A stretch of 64,000 bases of DNA from a plasmid. Made by a program: the position numbers and the translations under genes. The stretch lies in the sequence record NZ_LC532224.1; one strand, written 5' to 3'. Below are positions 21,938 through 35,472 of this stretch, piece after piece. A model generated the notes under the pieces. It searched no databases and was not told where the DNA came from. It saw only the letters and a program-made list of their open reading frames with translations. Position 1 is the first letter of the stretch, and each line of letters starts with the position of its first letter.

Positions 21938-22345
21938 ATGTCCCCGGAATTGGTATCAGGCATTGCACGAGTGGCGCATGAAAAGCTACTTTCAGTTTTG
22001 ACGGAGTGCGGCACAAAGAAGACGAAAGGCACATGCCTTTTTGCAAGCTATCTTGTATGTTATTTAGCAAAAACTAAAGGTCTAGATGCTGTTGTTCGTG
22101 GGGGTAACGGTGCAGATGATGGCGGTATATTTACAGAGAGTGGTGGCTTTGGCCATTATTGGTGTGAATTGAACTTCGAAGAAGTGCAATATTATATTGA
22201 CATCACTTCCGAGCAGTTTGGGTTTCATCCATACATAGTGAAACGCGTCAACGATATAACAGGATGGCCACGATATATTCCTGGTGATCAGGAAACGGTC
22301 GATAGTCATTTAGAACAATTATTACGCGACGGCTATACAGAATAG
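21938..22345 (+). CDS. Hypothetical 135-aa protein with Cys...His...Asp pattern (possible permuted papain/transglutaminase-like fold)
   Basis: GTCLFASY ... GHYWCEL ... YYIDIT. Confidence 0.35.
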   Translation: MSPELVSGIARVAHEKLLSVLTECGTKKTKGTCLFASYLVCYLAKTKGLDAVVRGGNGADDGGIFTESGGFGHYWCELNFEEVQYYIDITSEQFGFHPYIVKRVNDITGWPRYIPGDQETVDSHLEQLLRDGYTE

Positions 22346-22395
22346 GCTGCGTATACACTATCGCAGCCTTTCAGGCTCTTAACCCTTGTGACCAG

Positions 22396-22713
22396 TTAAC
22401 GGAACCACTCAGGATGACGCTGCCGATCAACGTTGATAACCTGCGAATTAAATTCAACGACATCCGCTGGAGTAAGCATTAATTCATCAGGATTTACAAT
22501 AAATGGTCTTAAAACCACTTCGCCACCGTCTTCTTTTGCACCGTAGATATTAATAAGAAAGTGCAGTCGTTGATTTCCGTCAGCATTGCGTTGCCATTCT
22601 CTAAAAGTCAAAGTCTGTTTAATATAGTTTGTTAAAAGAAATGCGAATTCAGATTCTTCCGTTTGTGAGATACCGTTTTTGTTAGACATTTTTTTTAGTA
22701 TCTTTCCGAGCAT
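22396..22713 (-). CDS. Hypothetical protein abutting the truncated IS5 end
   Basis: The ORF-track N-terminus (MFAGKKSAQIREIL...) is IS5-derived; the same sequence lies inside IS5 copy 2. The native start is probably MLGKILKK. Confidence 0.35.
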   Translation of the reverse strand: MLGKILKKMSNKNGISQTEESEFAFLLTNYIKQTLTFREWQRNADGNQRLHFLINIYGAKEDGGEVVLRPFIVNPDELMLTPADVVEFNSQVINVDRQRHPEWFR

Positions 22714-22731
22714 GGATACACAGGCATCTAG

Positions 22732-24232
<1,501 letters not shown>

Positions 24233-24420
24233 AAAATCCGATCATCTCTCACGCCCGCCACTTTGAGTTCAGAAATCTGTGTGGTCAGTTTCTGATGGCT
24301 GGTTGATACCCTTGCATACCCCAACAATGCCATTTGTGTCTCACAAATCGATATTGATACTGTGTAGTATCATAATGCATAAATCACGATTTTTGATACT
24401 GACATTCAGTACCGTTTTGG
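24233..24420. promoter_or_regulatory. Probable res-site remnant of a gamma-delta-like Tn3-family transposon (tnpR lost)
   Basis: TGTCTCA...TGAGACG subsites and GATACTG repeats immediately upstream of tnpA. Confidence 0.35.
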
Positions 24421-24492
24421 GTGGTATCAAAACTCATAACATTTGAGACGGTTAAAAAGAGAACAGAACACCCGTTTACGAAAGGATGCGTG

Positions 24493-27400
24493 ATGGCTGC
24501 TGATTTTCTGACCGACAAACAGACACAGAACTACGGGCGTTATGCCGCAGAGCCAAACGAGATCCAGCTGGCACGGTATTTTCATCTTGATGAGCGAGAC
24601 CTTACTTTCATCAACCTGCGTAGGGGCAGGCATAACCGGTTGGGAATTGCCCTTCAACTCACAACTGCCCGCTTTCTGGGAACCTTCTTGTCCGATCTCA
24701 TGCAAATACCGCCCGGTGTCCAGTTTTATGTCGCAAGGCAACTTAACATCCGCTATCCAGAGATCATTTCCCGCTATGCTCAAAGGGAAAACACACGTTG
24801 GGAGCACCACGGGCTTATCAGGCAGCACTATAGCTATCATGATTTCGGTGATTTCCCGTGGTCGTTCAGACTGAAGCGATTGCTGTATACCCGTGCATGG
24901 CTCAGTAATGAACGCCCCGGACTGATGTTCGATTTTGCCACCGCGTGGTTGCTTCAAAATAAAGTGTTGTTGCCAGCCGCATCCACCCTGACGAGAGTCA
25001 TTGGTGAAATCCGTGAGCGTGCGACCCGCCGCTTGTGGCGAAAATTGGCCGCGCTGCCAAACCGTTGGCAGACCGCACAACTGGCTGGGTTACTTGAAAT
25101 CCCCGAAGGACAGCGACTCTCAGTGATGGAGCACCTAAAAAGAGGCCCTGTCACTATCAGCGGCCCCGCGTTCACTGAAGCACTTGAACGTTACACTCGC
25201 CTGCGCAGCCTGGAGTTTTCCTGTCTGAATTTCACTGGGCTGCCCGCCATACAGCTCCGCAATCTGGCACGCTATGCCGGAATGGCATCGGTGAAATATA
25301 TCAGCAGAATGCCAGAAGAACGGCGGCTGGCGATCCTTACCGCATTCGTGAAAGCGCAAGAAATCTCGGCGCTGGACGAGGCCGTTGACGTGCTGGATAT
25401 GCTGATCCTCAATATTACCCGGGAGGCGAAGAAAACCGGGCAGAAAAAGCGACTTAGGACGCTCAAGGATCTTGACCGCGCGGCGTTGCTGCTGGCGCGG
25501 GCATGCGCACTTTTACTTGATGAAGATACCGCCGATGATTTGCTGCGAAAGACCATATTCAGCAGTGTGTCTGTCGCCAGACTGGCAGAGTCCGTGGAAA
25601 AAGTGAATGAACTGGCCCGCCCCCAGGATACAAACTTTCAGGATGAAATGGTGGAGCAATACGGACGGGTAAGGCGTTTTTTGCCCGCACTACTGCGCGA
25701 TCTGCACTTCCGTGCGGCCCCAGACGGTGAACATACCTTGGCTGCCATCCATTACCTGGCAGAGCTAAACGGCTCGAAAAAACGGATCCTGGACGATGCA
25801 CCTGAACATATCATTTCAGGCCCTTGGAAACGCCTGGTGTACGATGCTGACGGTCGGATACAGCGAGCAGGTTACTCGTTGTGTCTGCTGGAGCGACTTC
25901 AGGATGCGCTACGCCGTCGTGACATCTGGTTGGAAAACAGCGATCGTTGGGGTGATCCGCGCCAAAAACTTCTTCAGGGGGAGGAATGGCAGGCGCAGCG
26001 GGTTCCAGTCTGCCGGGCATTGGGTCACCCCACTAATGGCAGTAAAGCATCGGAGCAATTGGCCGCTCAGTTAGATGAAACCTGGAAAACGGTGGCATCA
26101 CGTTTTGATCGCAATACCGCCGTGGACATCTGCAATGAAGGTAAACATCCTTCGCTGACCATCAGCAGCCTGGATAAATTGGATGAACCACCGGCGCTGA
26201 TACAACTGAGCAGCCGAGTCAGACAATTGCTTCCACCCGTTGACCTGACAGAACTGTTGCTCGAGATTGACGCCAGAACTGGCTTCACCCGTGAATTCAG
26301 CCATGTCAGCGAGTCAGGTGCCCGTGCGCAGGATCTGCATATAAGCCTGTGTGCGGTGATGCTGGCTGAGGCCTGCAATATCGGACATGAGCCGCTGATC
26401 AAGCACAATATCCCTGCACTGACTCGCCATCGTCTGAGCTGGGTGAAACAGAACTACATCCGAGCAGAAACGCTGGTTAGCGCCAATGCGCGGCTGGTTG
26501 ATTTTCAGTCCTCGTTAGCGTTGGCAGGATACTGGGGGGCGGGGAGGTAGCCTCCGCTGATGGTATGCGTTTTGTCACGCCAGTGAAAACGGTGAATTCT
26601 GGCCCCAACAGAAAATACTTTGGTTCAGGGCGCGGCATCACCTGGTACAACTTTGTCTCTGACCAATATTCGGGTTTTCATGGCATAGTGATTCCTGGAA
26701 CACTGCGGGATTCCATCTTTGTGCTGGAAGGGCTACTTGAGCAACAAACGGGACTAAACCCGGTTGAAATCATGACGGACACAGCAGGTACCAGTGACAT
26801 TATCTTTGGCCTGTTCTGGCTACTGGGATACCAATTTTCACCTCGTCTGGCGGATGCGGGTGAGGCTGTGTTCTGGCGGGCCGACAAAGCAGCGAATTAC
26901 GGGGCGTTGGACAAACTGGCGCGGGGTTGTGTTGACCTTTCTAAAATCGAAAGCCACTGGGATGAGATGATGCGGGTTGCCGGTTCGCTGAAGCTGGGCA
27001 CTATTCATGCGTCAGAACTCATTCGATCGCTATTGAGAAGTACCCGACCGTCAGGGCTTGCTCAGGCAATAATGGAGGTCGGAAGAGTTAACAAGACACT
27101 GTATCTTCTCAACTATATTGATGATGAGGACTATCGTCGCCGGATCCTAACACAGTTGAACCGGGGTGAAGGCCGCCATGCCGTTGCAAGAGCCATCTGC
27201 TACGGTCAGCGTGGCGAGATCAGAAAACGTTACCGCGAGGGGCAGGAAGATCAGTTGGGTGCGCTGGGTCTGGTGACAAACGCAGTGGTGCTGTGGAATA
27301 CGCTTTATATGCAGGAAGCCTTGTCGCACCTGCGCAGCATCGGGGAAGGGCCAGAGGATGAACATATCGCGCGGCTTTCGCCTCTGATGCACGGTCATAT

Positions 27401-27500
27401 CAACATGCTGGGACATTATACGTTCACACTACCGGAGGATATTATGAAGGGGGAATTGAGGCCGTTAAATCTCAATTTAAACAATGAATTATCTCCTTAG
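24493..27500 (+). pseudogene. tnpA: Tn3-family (Tn3/gamma-delta subgroup) transposase, frameshifted into two ORFs (709 + 311 aa)
   Basis: N-terminus MAADFLTDKQTQNYGRYAAEPNEIQLARYFHLDE follows the Tn3 TnpA pattern. Frame change near 26550-26565. Confidence 0.8.
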
Positions 27501-27533
27501 CGTGGTTTTTTACATCATTGGCCCTCAAACCCC
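27496..27533. repeat. 38-bp Tn3-family terminal inverted repeat (GGGGTTTGAGGGCCAATG...ACGCTAAG, gamma-delta-like)
   Basis: Reads CTTAGCGTGG...CATTGGCCCTCAAACCCC on the + strand. The first 18 nt match the Tn1000 IR as I recall it. Confidence 0.7.
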
Positions 27534-28461
27534 ATGATGATGGTTTCGAAACGTCTTAAGGCCAAAGACTATCGAACGGTTTCCACGGGATTTAACGTCC
27601 TGAGCTCTAAGCCAGGGCTGATAACTTTGGCCATAGCCCACTCCTATGCCGTCACCTAGCGCATTTTCATAATCCAAATAGGATTTGAGACGCCTACCCC
27701 TACCCATGATCGTACCCAAAAAACGACATTGATACGTACCTATATGTGCATTTTATAGTCTCCAACCCTATAACCACACATTCAGTAAGCATACAACATT
27801 AGCGTCGTTTTTTGAGAATGGTTACAACTTTAGTGCTTTGTGTACAACTTTATTGTCTTCGGACAGTAGGACCCTCTAAAACCAATAGAATTTACGTAGA
27901 AACGCGTTTAGTAAAGGCTTTACTAATTACTAATGACTAACATATTAGCACTTTCAGATCTGTCAGCAATAACCCCGGGCGGCGAAATAATGAGAAGAGT
28001 TCTTCCGGAGAGCCTTTTCTTTCTATCTGATTGATTTTTAACACTTTTAAATGTCAGCTTTATGTAAACCTGTGGGATTTACTCCTAATTAAATCCCATA
28101 GTATGAAAATTAGGCATTTGCAAACCTTAATGACGTGACGTTGTCACGTAAATCAATGGAATTTAGTCTCTAGTAAAGAGTTAACTAGTGACTAACTGCC
28201 TGATCGGTGTGCTTGAACGGTGCACTTCAGGCCGGATATAAAAATTGATGAGAGATATACAGAAAATGATGGACCGGCTTAATAAGCCAGCCTTTCTTGG
28301 GATGATTGATGATGTTGAACACGCTATAAAGCGAAAATGCCCCTTTTTAACCTATAGGTTGGGCACTATGAGTAAGATACAATCAAATCGCCAGTCAGAT
28401 GGCTAATTTCATTTTGACCAAAGCGGGCTATTTCAAGCGTTATCGCTGAGACGAGGCTTCA

Positions 28462-28842
28462 ATGACAAGTACACTTGACCCATCACACAAGCAAATTGAA
28501 ATGTGGCGCAGAGCTACCGGTTCCGAAGGTGGACTCAACGAATACCGCAACTGGGTTCTGGAAAATAGTATGAGATTTACAGCATACGGTATCCATACCG
28601 TTATCGTCGAAGGTGAGGCGAAGCATATAACAGCGCTTGATGATGTTACCCTCTGTAACGAGTGGGCGAAGCTTAAAAGAGAAAACAATAGGCTTTACGC
28701 AGCAAATGAAAAAATTTGCTCTGGCTGGCGTGGTTTTGTGTTGCGTTTGTTAGGAATAACACTGTCATGCAGAAAACCGGTCATCTTACTGGGGGCAGAC
28801 GCGAAGAATCAAAATGATGCCGTGAAAGGGGCTGATTTGTAA
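28462..28842 (+). CDS. Hypothetical 126-aa protein
   Basis: ORF with an AT-rich upstream region containing palindromes. Confidence 0.4.
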   Translation: MTSTLDPSHKQIEMWRRATGSEGGLNEYRNWVLENSMRFTAYGIHTVIVEGEAKHITALDDVTLCNEWAKLKRENNRLYAANEKICSGWRGFVLRLLGITLSCRKPVILLGADAKNQNDAVKGADL

Positions 28843-28899
28843 TTTTCAGGCGAGCCCACCGTTCTTAGAAAGCTGTTCTATGGGTATGTAAGGAAGATA

Positions 28900-29500
28900 A
28901 TGTTCTCTGAACGCTCAGTACACTTAATCACTTCCTGTACAAAGGGCAAGAATCATCAGGGCCACGTCTGGCCGACATTGGACATAGATCCAAAACAAAC
29001 CCCGGACGACGCAGCATATGCCTGGAGTAACATTGTAGACGACGCCAGAAGTAATCAGGCGGTACCGGCATTGTCCTTGTATTCAGGTAATCACTGGTCT
29101 ACGGCAAAGGAAATTTTAAACTCAACCAGAAATCTGGAGTTGTGGATAATCTCTGCCGGGATGGGGTTTTTAAATAGTCGAGATCGGGTGCCCTCTTACG
29201 AGGCGACATTTCATCAAGTACCATTCAGGCATGATCTCTGGTGGAAAGCCATCACAAAATCACTAGGAAAGCATAACCGTTGCGCAACTATAAGCCAGTT
29301 AATGCAGTCCAGTCCGAATGATGAATATTTGATTGCGGCTTCGCCTGTTTATATTGCTGCTGTCCAGAATGACATCCTGAAGGGCATTGAGAGTTTGACT
29401 CATCCTCTTACGCAACTAACGATCGTGACATCAGGGGCATATGCTGGCCCACTTGAAGAATACTTAATTAAGAGTTCTTCTAGGATGATGAAAGAGCTAG

Positions 29501-29523
<23 letters not shown>
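28900..29523 (+). pseudogene. Hypothetical protein, 3' end displaced by IS5 insertion
   Basis: The ORF reads into the IS5 left IR. The original C-terminus (LECNMVCLNIKLAQYILKSGSR) resumes after the IS at 30697. Confidence 0.5.
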
Positions 29524-30696
<1,173 letters not shown>

Positions 30697-30824
30697 CTAG
30701 AGTGCAATATGGTGTGCCTGAATATAAAACTGGCTCAATACATACTTAAAAGTGGTAGTCGTTAGAACTAGACTGTTAATGATACAATTCTCCTGTTATT
30801 TTATTTTTATAAAAGGTCTCAAAT

Positions 30825-31280
30825 ATGCTCAAAAACAGATTTTCTTTATTGTGTCTTGCTGTGGCATCGTCACTTACTCTTACTGCTTGCGATGTAGTTG
30901 ATGCTGCCTATGACGAGACTTTAAATGATAATGCACCCGAAATTGTAATAGCTGGAGGATTCAAAATTGATATCCAAGGTAATGCAGTTCCGGTTGAGGG
31001 ATATGATAATTGCTCTTTGAATACTCTTCAGGGAAGCGTTGATACGGATAAATCAAATTGTATTGTTCTGGATAGAACACGTAAAAAAGTACCGGTTCTA
31101 GTTCATTTGTCATCCGGTCCCGTCAAAGAAGAATGGAAGATCGAGCACCAGGTTGAAAAAAACAAATCCGGCAAAAATTTCATCCAAACTCGTATGATTA
31201 GACCTGACGGTAACTTTGTAGTGCCTGCATCCTCAGAACGAGGGATCTTTAGTGGCAAACATTACAGTCAAGCCAGCTAA
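30825..31280 (+). CDS. Lipoprotein (151 aa)
   Basis: Signal peptide with lipobox LTLTAC. Confidence 0.5.
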   Translation: MLKNRFSLLCLAVASSLTLTACDVVDAAYDETLNDNAPEIVIAGGFKIDIQGNAVPVEGYDNCSLNTLQGSVDTDKSNCIVLDRTRKKVPVLVHLSSGPVKEEWKIEHQVEKNKSGKNFIQTRMIRPDGNFVVPASSERGIFSGKHYSQAS

Positions 31281-31582
31281 GTCAAGTCTATCCGTTCAAA
31301 CAGAAAAAGGTTTCTTAAAAATGACGTTATCCGCTGCATTGCAAGGCACTTTTAAAGAGATGAGGAAAGACAATACAGTAGGCATCACAGTTCAAACTTG
31401 TTCAGATATTTTTGACAGCAATGTTCCTCCGGCTTATGTTTTCTGGCTTTATCGTCTCAAAGCGGGAGAAACTTTGCCGCGCGGAAGGTTCTTCAGAAAA
31501 AGAAAGCCAATCATCAATGTTATGGCAGTTGTTCATGATGCTGCATTCGAAAAATAACTGCGCTATCAGGAAAGTTACTTTT

Positions 31583-31876
31583 ATGAACGTAATTGCAGCT
31601 GGAATTTTTTGCTTTATTTTTTACCCTACAGCTTTCGCTTATGCTTGTTATAAAAAGAGATGGCTAGAGTGGATTTTTCTTACTTTAATTATAATTTTTG
31701 CTTCTGCCATTTCGATTCAACAATACAATGAAGCGAATTTTGTAAGTGAGTTAAATTACCCTATGTTTATCTCCGCCATATATGGCCTGTCACTGGCATG
31801 GTTTCCTTTTCCGATTGCTTATGTTGTTCTGCGCTTCCTTCTTGATGATTTACAGCATGAGTACCCTAAACAGTGA
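31583..31876 (+). CDS. Small membrane protein
   Basis: Hydrophobic; start chosen at MNVIAAGIF within the longer ORF. Confidence 0.3.
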   Translation: MNVIAAGIFCFIFYPTAFAYACYKKRWLEWIFLTLIIIFASAISIQQYNEANFVSELNYPMFISAIYGLSLAWFPFPIAYVVLRFLLDDLQHEYPKQ

Positions 31877-32053
31877 GCAGATTTTAAGACTCATGAACAA
31901 CATCGAAAGCACGAAACAGTCTGCACAAGGAAGATAAGGAGTATTCTTAGCAAGATATCTTTGTACCTGAAGACATAAAGCTGGCATCTTTTTCCTTATA
32001 GAGTGTATTATGATTAAGTAAATCCTTATCAAAGAATTAGAAAGTGAGGTCGT

Positions 32054-32458
32054 ATGTCTGAAGCACTCAAATCGTTAAACAATATTCGTACTCTTCGCGC
32101 CCAGGGCCGCGAGCTGCCTTTAGAAGTACTTGAGGAAATCCTCGAAAAGCTTAATGTCATTGTTGATGAGCGTCGTCAGGAAGAATCATCCAAAGCTGCC
32201 GAACTGCAAGCTCGTCAGGAGAAACTTGACGCCCTGCGTAAGTTAATGGAAGAAGATGGTATCAACCCGGAAGAGCTGCTTGGCTCATTCCAGGCCAAAT
32301 CTACGGCTACCAAGAAAAGCCGTGAACCACGCCCGGCCAAATACTCATTTACTGATGAAAATGGCGAAACAAAAACGTGGACTGGACAGGGCCGTACCCC
32401 CAAAGCTCTGGCAGAACAAATTGCAGCCGGTAAAAGTCTTGATGATTTCCTGATCTAA
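32054..32458 (+). CDS. hns: Plasmid-encoded H-NS family nucleoid protein
   Basis: [20 protein letters not shown] ... [20 protein letters not shown]...SLDDFLI, collinear with chromosomal H-NS. Confidence 0.9.
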   Translation: MSEALKSLNNIRTLRAQGRELPLEVLEEILEKLNVIVDERRQEESSKAAELQARQEKLDALRKLMEEDGINPEELLGSFQAKSTATKKSREPRPAKYSFTDENGETKTWTGQGRTPKALAEQIAAGKSLDDFLI

Positions 32459-32477
32459 CTTTTGCCACCAGTTTTGA

Positions 32478-32503
32478 TAGAGGCCACTTCGGTGGCCTTT
32501 TCT
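32478..32503 (+). terminator. Rho-independent terminator after hns
   Basis: GGCCAC-TTCG-GTGGCC then TTTTCT. Confidence 0.7.
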
Positions 32504-32799
32504 CATACGGAATCAATTTCAGGTACAGAACATATGAAAAATTCAGAACCTAAGAGCTGTGATCCCTATGTGGACAGTTTGATTAGAAATGCAGATGCAA
32601 AGGAAGCCAGGTCATTTCTCAAAATATTGAAGCCCTTACCATTCCTTATCGTTATCATCGCTGTATTCTTTTTTTGGGTATCGTTTTCCCGTTTATTATC
32701 CCAGGTCGCGTAAAACCTTTTTAAAGACTCTTCTTTACCAGATATGCTCCCTCACCGGGATGGTTTCAACCTCTTCAGTTTCCCATATTGGCAAAACCT

Positions 32800-33003
32800 T
32801 CAGGAAATAAGACGATACCCTCCACGCTTTCCATTAAAGCGGGATGACGACGCCCAGTTCTTACGACCAGACTCCACGTTTTCGATTAGGATGCCTTTGG
32901 GCCCTTCTAACGAGGCCACCTCAACAACTCGCACTTTCCGGATCAGTCTTGGATCCACTTCTTCCCAGATCTGGCCAACTGTAATATCTTTTTGGGTTTG
33001 CAT
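32800..33003 (-). CDS. Small 67-aa protein, last gene of the HNH cassette
   Basis: ORF only. Confidence 0.35.
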   Translation of the reverse strand: MQTQKDITVGQIWEEVDPRLIRKVRVVEVASLEGPKGILIENVESGRKNWASSSRFNGKRGGYRLIS

Positions 33004-33064
33004 TTAATCTCTCGCTGTCATTTAGTGAACAAGACTAATCCTCGCCGTGGTTCAGCTTATGGCT

Positions 33065-33922
33065 TTATTTACGCTGACGATCCTTAGCCTTAAATTTTTG
33101 CCATCGTATCCGAAGGTTTTCGATGTTAACCGGAACCTGCATGCGTGTCGTCTCTATCTCATTCCCATGCCATTTCAGGAGATCATCATCCAACTCCCGG
33201 GCCTCCCGGCTGAAGTAAATTTTCATAGTGTCAGGGTTTATGGCGCAATGGTCATTGTCGAACAGTGTATGGATATCACGGCGAAGTAAAATTCCGTTCG
33301 TTACGTCGGGAATGCCTTCTTCATGACGTGGCGTTAAGTGCGCGGCCTCAGTACGCCAGGGGGACCTTACGCCGGTGACAACACATCGCCCGTAGCAATT
33401 CAACCTAACATCCCGGGCGAAAGGACCTTGGTCAGGACTGGTGACAGAAGTACATTCCTGGCCCTCTTTGTAGATACGCTTCGGGAAGTCGATAGTGGTT
33501 TGAGCTGTTTGGGAAAGTGACACATACGTAACCCCTTTGTATCTCTTTATCCCACCATTAAAAGTGGTAGGAATCGAGCTGGTTATGGCCACCAGTTTCA
33601 CATCGCCCATTTCGACGATCTTAAGGCTCTTATTAGCGGCTACATGTAACTGGATGAATTTACCTACGTACACATCATGGTTCTCATCTTGTCTTTCAAC
33701 ACACAGAACGACATGGTCGAAGGTTCTCTTGTCAGAGATTACCCAGTTGCCGGTTTTCACACGGCCTGCTTCACTCACCCCTGCGGTAAGATCGGGTATG
33801 AGCGTCCCCTGCATGCCGTCAGTTCGAATTGAAAGAATTTCACCCGATAAACCCAGCTCTGCAAGCTCACTAATAAACGGTCTTTTCATCCGGCTTACCG
33901 GTTTTGGCTTCGTCATTTTCAT
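33065..33922 (-). CDS. HNH endonuclease with an unrecognised 190-aa N-terminal domain
   Basis: C-terminal motif CVVTGV...AAHLTP...NGILLRRDIHTLFDN (HNH, pfam13391-like pattern). Confidence 0.6.
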   Translation of the reverse strand: MKMTKPKPVSRMKRPFISELAELGLSGEILSIRTDGMQGTLIPDLTAGVSEAGRVKTGNWVISDKRTFDHVVLCVERQDENHDVYVGKFIQLHVAANKSLKIVEMGDVKLVAITSSIPTTFNGGIKRYKGVTYVSLSQTAQTTIDFPKRIYKEGQECTSVTSPDQGPFARDVRLNCYGRCVVTGVRSPWRTEAAHLTPRHEEGIPDVTNGILLRRDIHTLFDNDHCAINPDTMKIYFSREARELDDDLLKWHGNEIETTRMQVPVNIENLRIRWQKFKAKDRQRK

Positions 33923-33937
33923 CTTTGCTGTAACACC

Positions 33938-34246
33938 TCAGTACCCCATTGCTCGTTCCTGGCGGGACAGCCGTTCATCAGCAGCCTGAAGACGCTCATC
34001 ACGCCGCCGTGCTGCCAGAACCCGTCGTTCTGAAAAAGACATAGCCGCTACGTTTGGTACGCTGAGCTTACCGTCACCGGCACAAACGTCACAGCGAACA
34101 TCAAATGCTCCGGCAAAATACTTTTCACGCATTTCTGGCTCCCACTCAGCCATTTCTGATTGGGTGAATCCATTTTCAAAGGCCGGGTTTTCCATGGTCC
34201 CGTGGCCTTCGCACTGGTGACAGATTATGTACTTAAATTTGCGCAT
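33938..34246 (-). CDS. Small protein with two DnaJ-type CxxCxGxG zinc-finger repeats
   Basis: CHQCEGHG and CDVCAGDG. Stop-start proximity to the HNH gene. Confidence 0.4.
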   Translation of the reverse strand: MRKFKYIICHQCEGHGTMENPAFENGFTQSEMAEWEPEMREKYFAGAFDVRCDVCAGDGKLSVPNVAAMSFSERRVLAARRRDERLQAADERLSRQERAMGY

Positions 34247-34794
34247 GTAACGCTCCTGTATATGATGGATGAACCACTCTCGTTCAGGGTTATGGCGAAA
34301 TGTTTATCGCCGCAGCGAGAGATTCAGTCTTGCTATCAATATTCCTGAAGGTTGTCCGCCTGATTTCAGGGAAAGCATTCATTCACTGGCCGGTTCTACC
34401 TTATTATTCATACAGATTAAAGTAGTTGTGCCTACTACTGCGGTCACCTTCCTTGACAAAGTAAGCAAAGTTTGAAAAATTTAACACCGACGAAAGGCCA
34501 TACCTTCGTTAGTGTGCGAAAGCCGCTTGCGAGCGACGGAATAGGTGAAAGCTTTAGTCAGGGTTAATTACCCTGTCTGCGGTGATGGGATGGCTCAGGC
34601 GTATATCATCACTCCTTCCAAAGTCCGTACACACTCTTTCAGCCTTTGCAGAAATGCAGGGGCTGTTTCATATCAGACAAGCGCAATGAAATTTTCAAAT
34701 GCTTTCCAGAAATTCAAAGGCCTTAAGCTTTATCTGTATCTTACGGTCCCCGCACGGAAAGTAACTTTCCTGAACAGGAACCGCCTTGCCAGCC

Positions 34795-35220
34795 TTAACT
34801 TTCTAAACGGTTAAAGTTACACCAGGCTGTAAATGGTGAAACAGTTTTTGAAGCCCATGAAACACCGCTGTCGGAAAGATAACTAGCCCCAAGACGTCTA
34901 ACTTCTTTTTGATGTAGAGCTAATTCTTTCGGATCGGCAATATCTTCCACCACGCTCATCATGGCAATCTGAACTCCGGGAGATGCCATTTTATAAGCTG
35001 TCGAGCTTGCAACTGAATTTTTCAGGATTGCCAATCTTTCTTTTTCTGGTCGCCCGTTGTCAGACGTATTCGCGTACGTTGTACCCGCAACTAACAATGG
35101 AAGACTGGCGTTGGCACAGAACTGCATAACGCGTTTTTGCTGGAGCTGTAATTCAGTGGCTGCAAATGCTTTACTGCATCCGAGGATCCCGATAATCATC
35201 ACTAATGCTGTTTTATACAT
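34795..35220 (-). CDS. Secreted protein (141 aa)
   Basis: N-terminal signal peptide ...SKAFAATE. Confidence 0.4.
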   Translation of the reverse strand: MYKTALVMIIGILGCSKAFAATELQLQQKRVMQFCANASLPLLVAGTTYANTSDNGRPEKERLAILKNSVASSTAYKMASPGVQIAMMSVVEDIADPKELALHQKEVRRLGASYLSDSGVSWASKTVSPFTAWCNFNRLES

Positions 35221-35472
35221 AAAATTGAAACCGTCCTTATTGAACTTTAAATGTTGCGGTTAACACTGTGTGGAGATGTATGGACTGGATAATACCCACA
35301 TGCCTGCGCCTGCCAGTATACCGGCTCAGGTATTAAACCTAAGAGATCTGGTGCACCGGATTTTACCTTTTCATTTCGGTTTTATCTTGAGCCTGGCTCT
35401 TGAGTTTAAATTTAAAGGTATGGCGCATGCAGGTTTCACTGACGGGTTTTCACACATCCCGGCTGTAACCCA

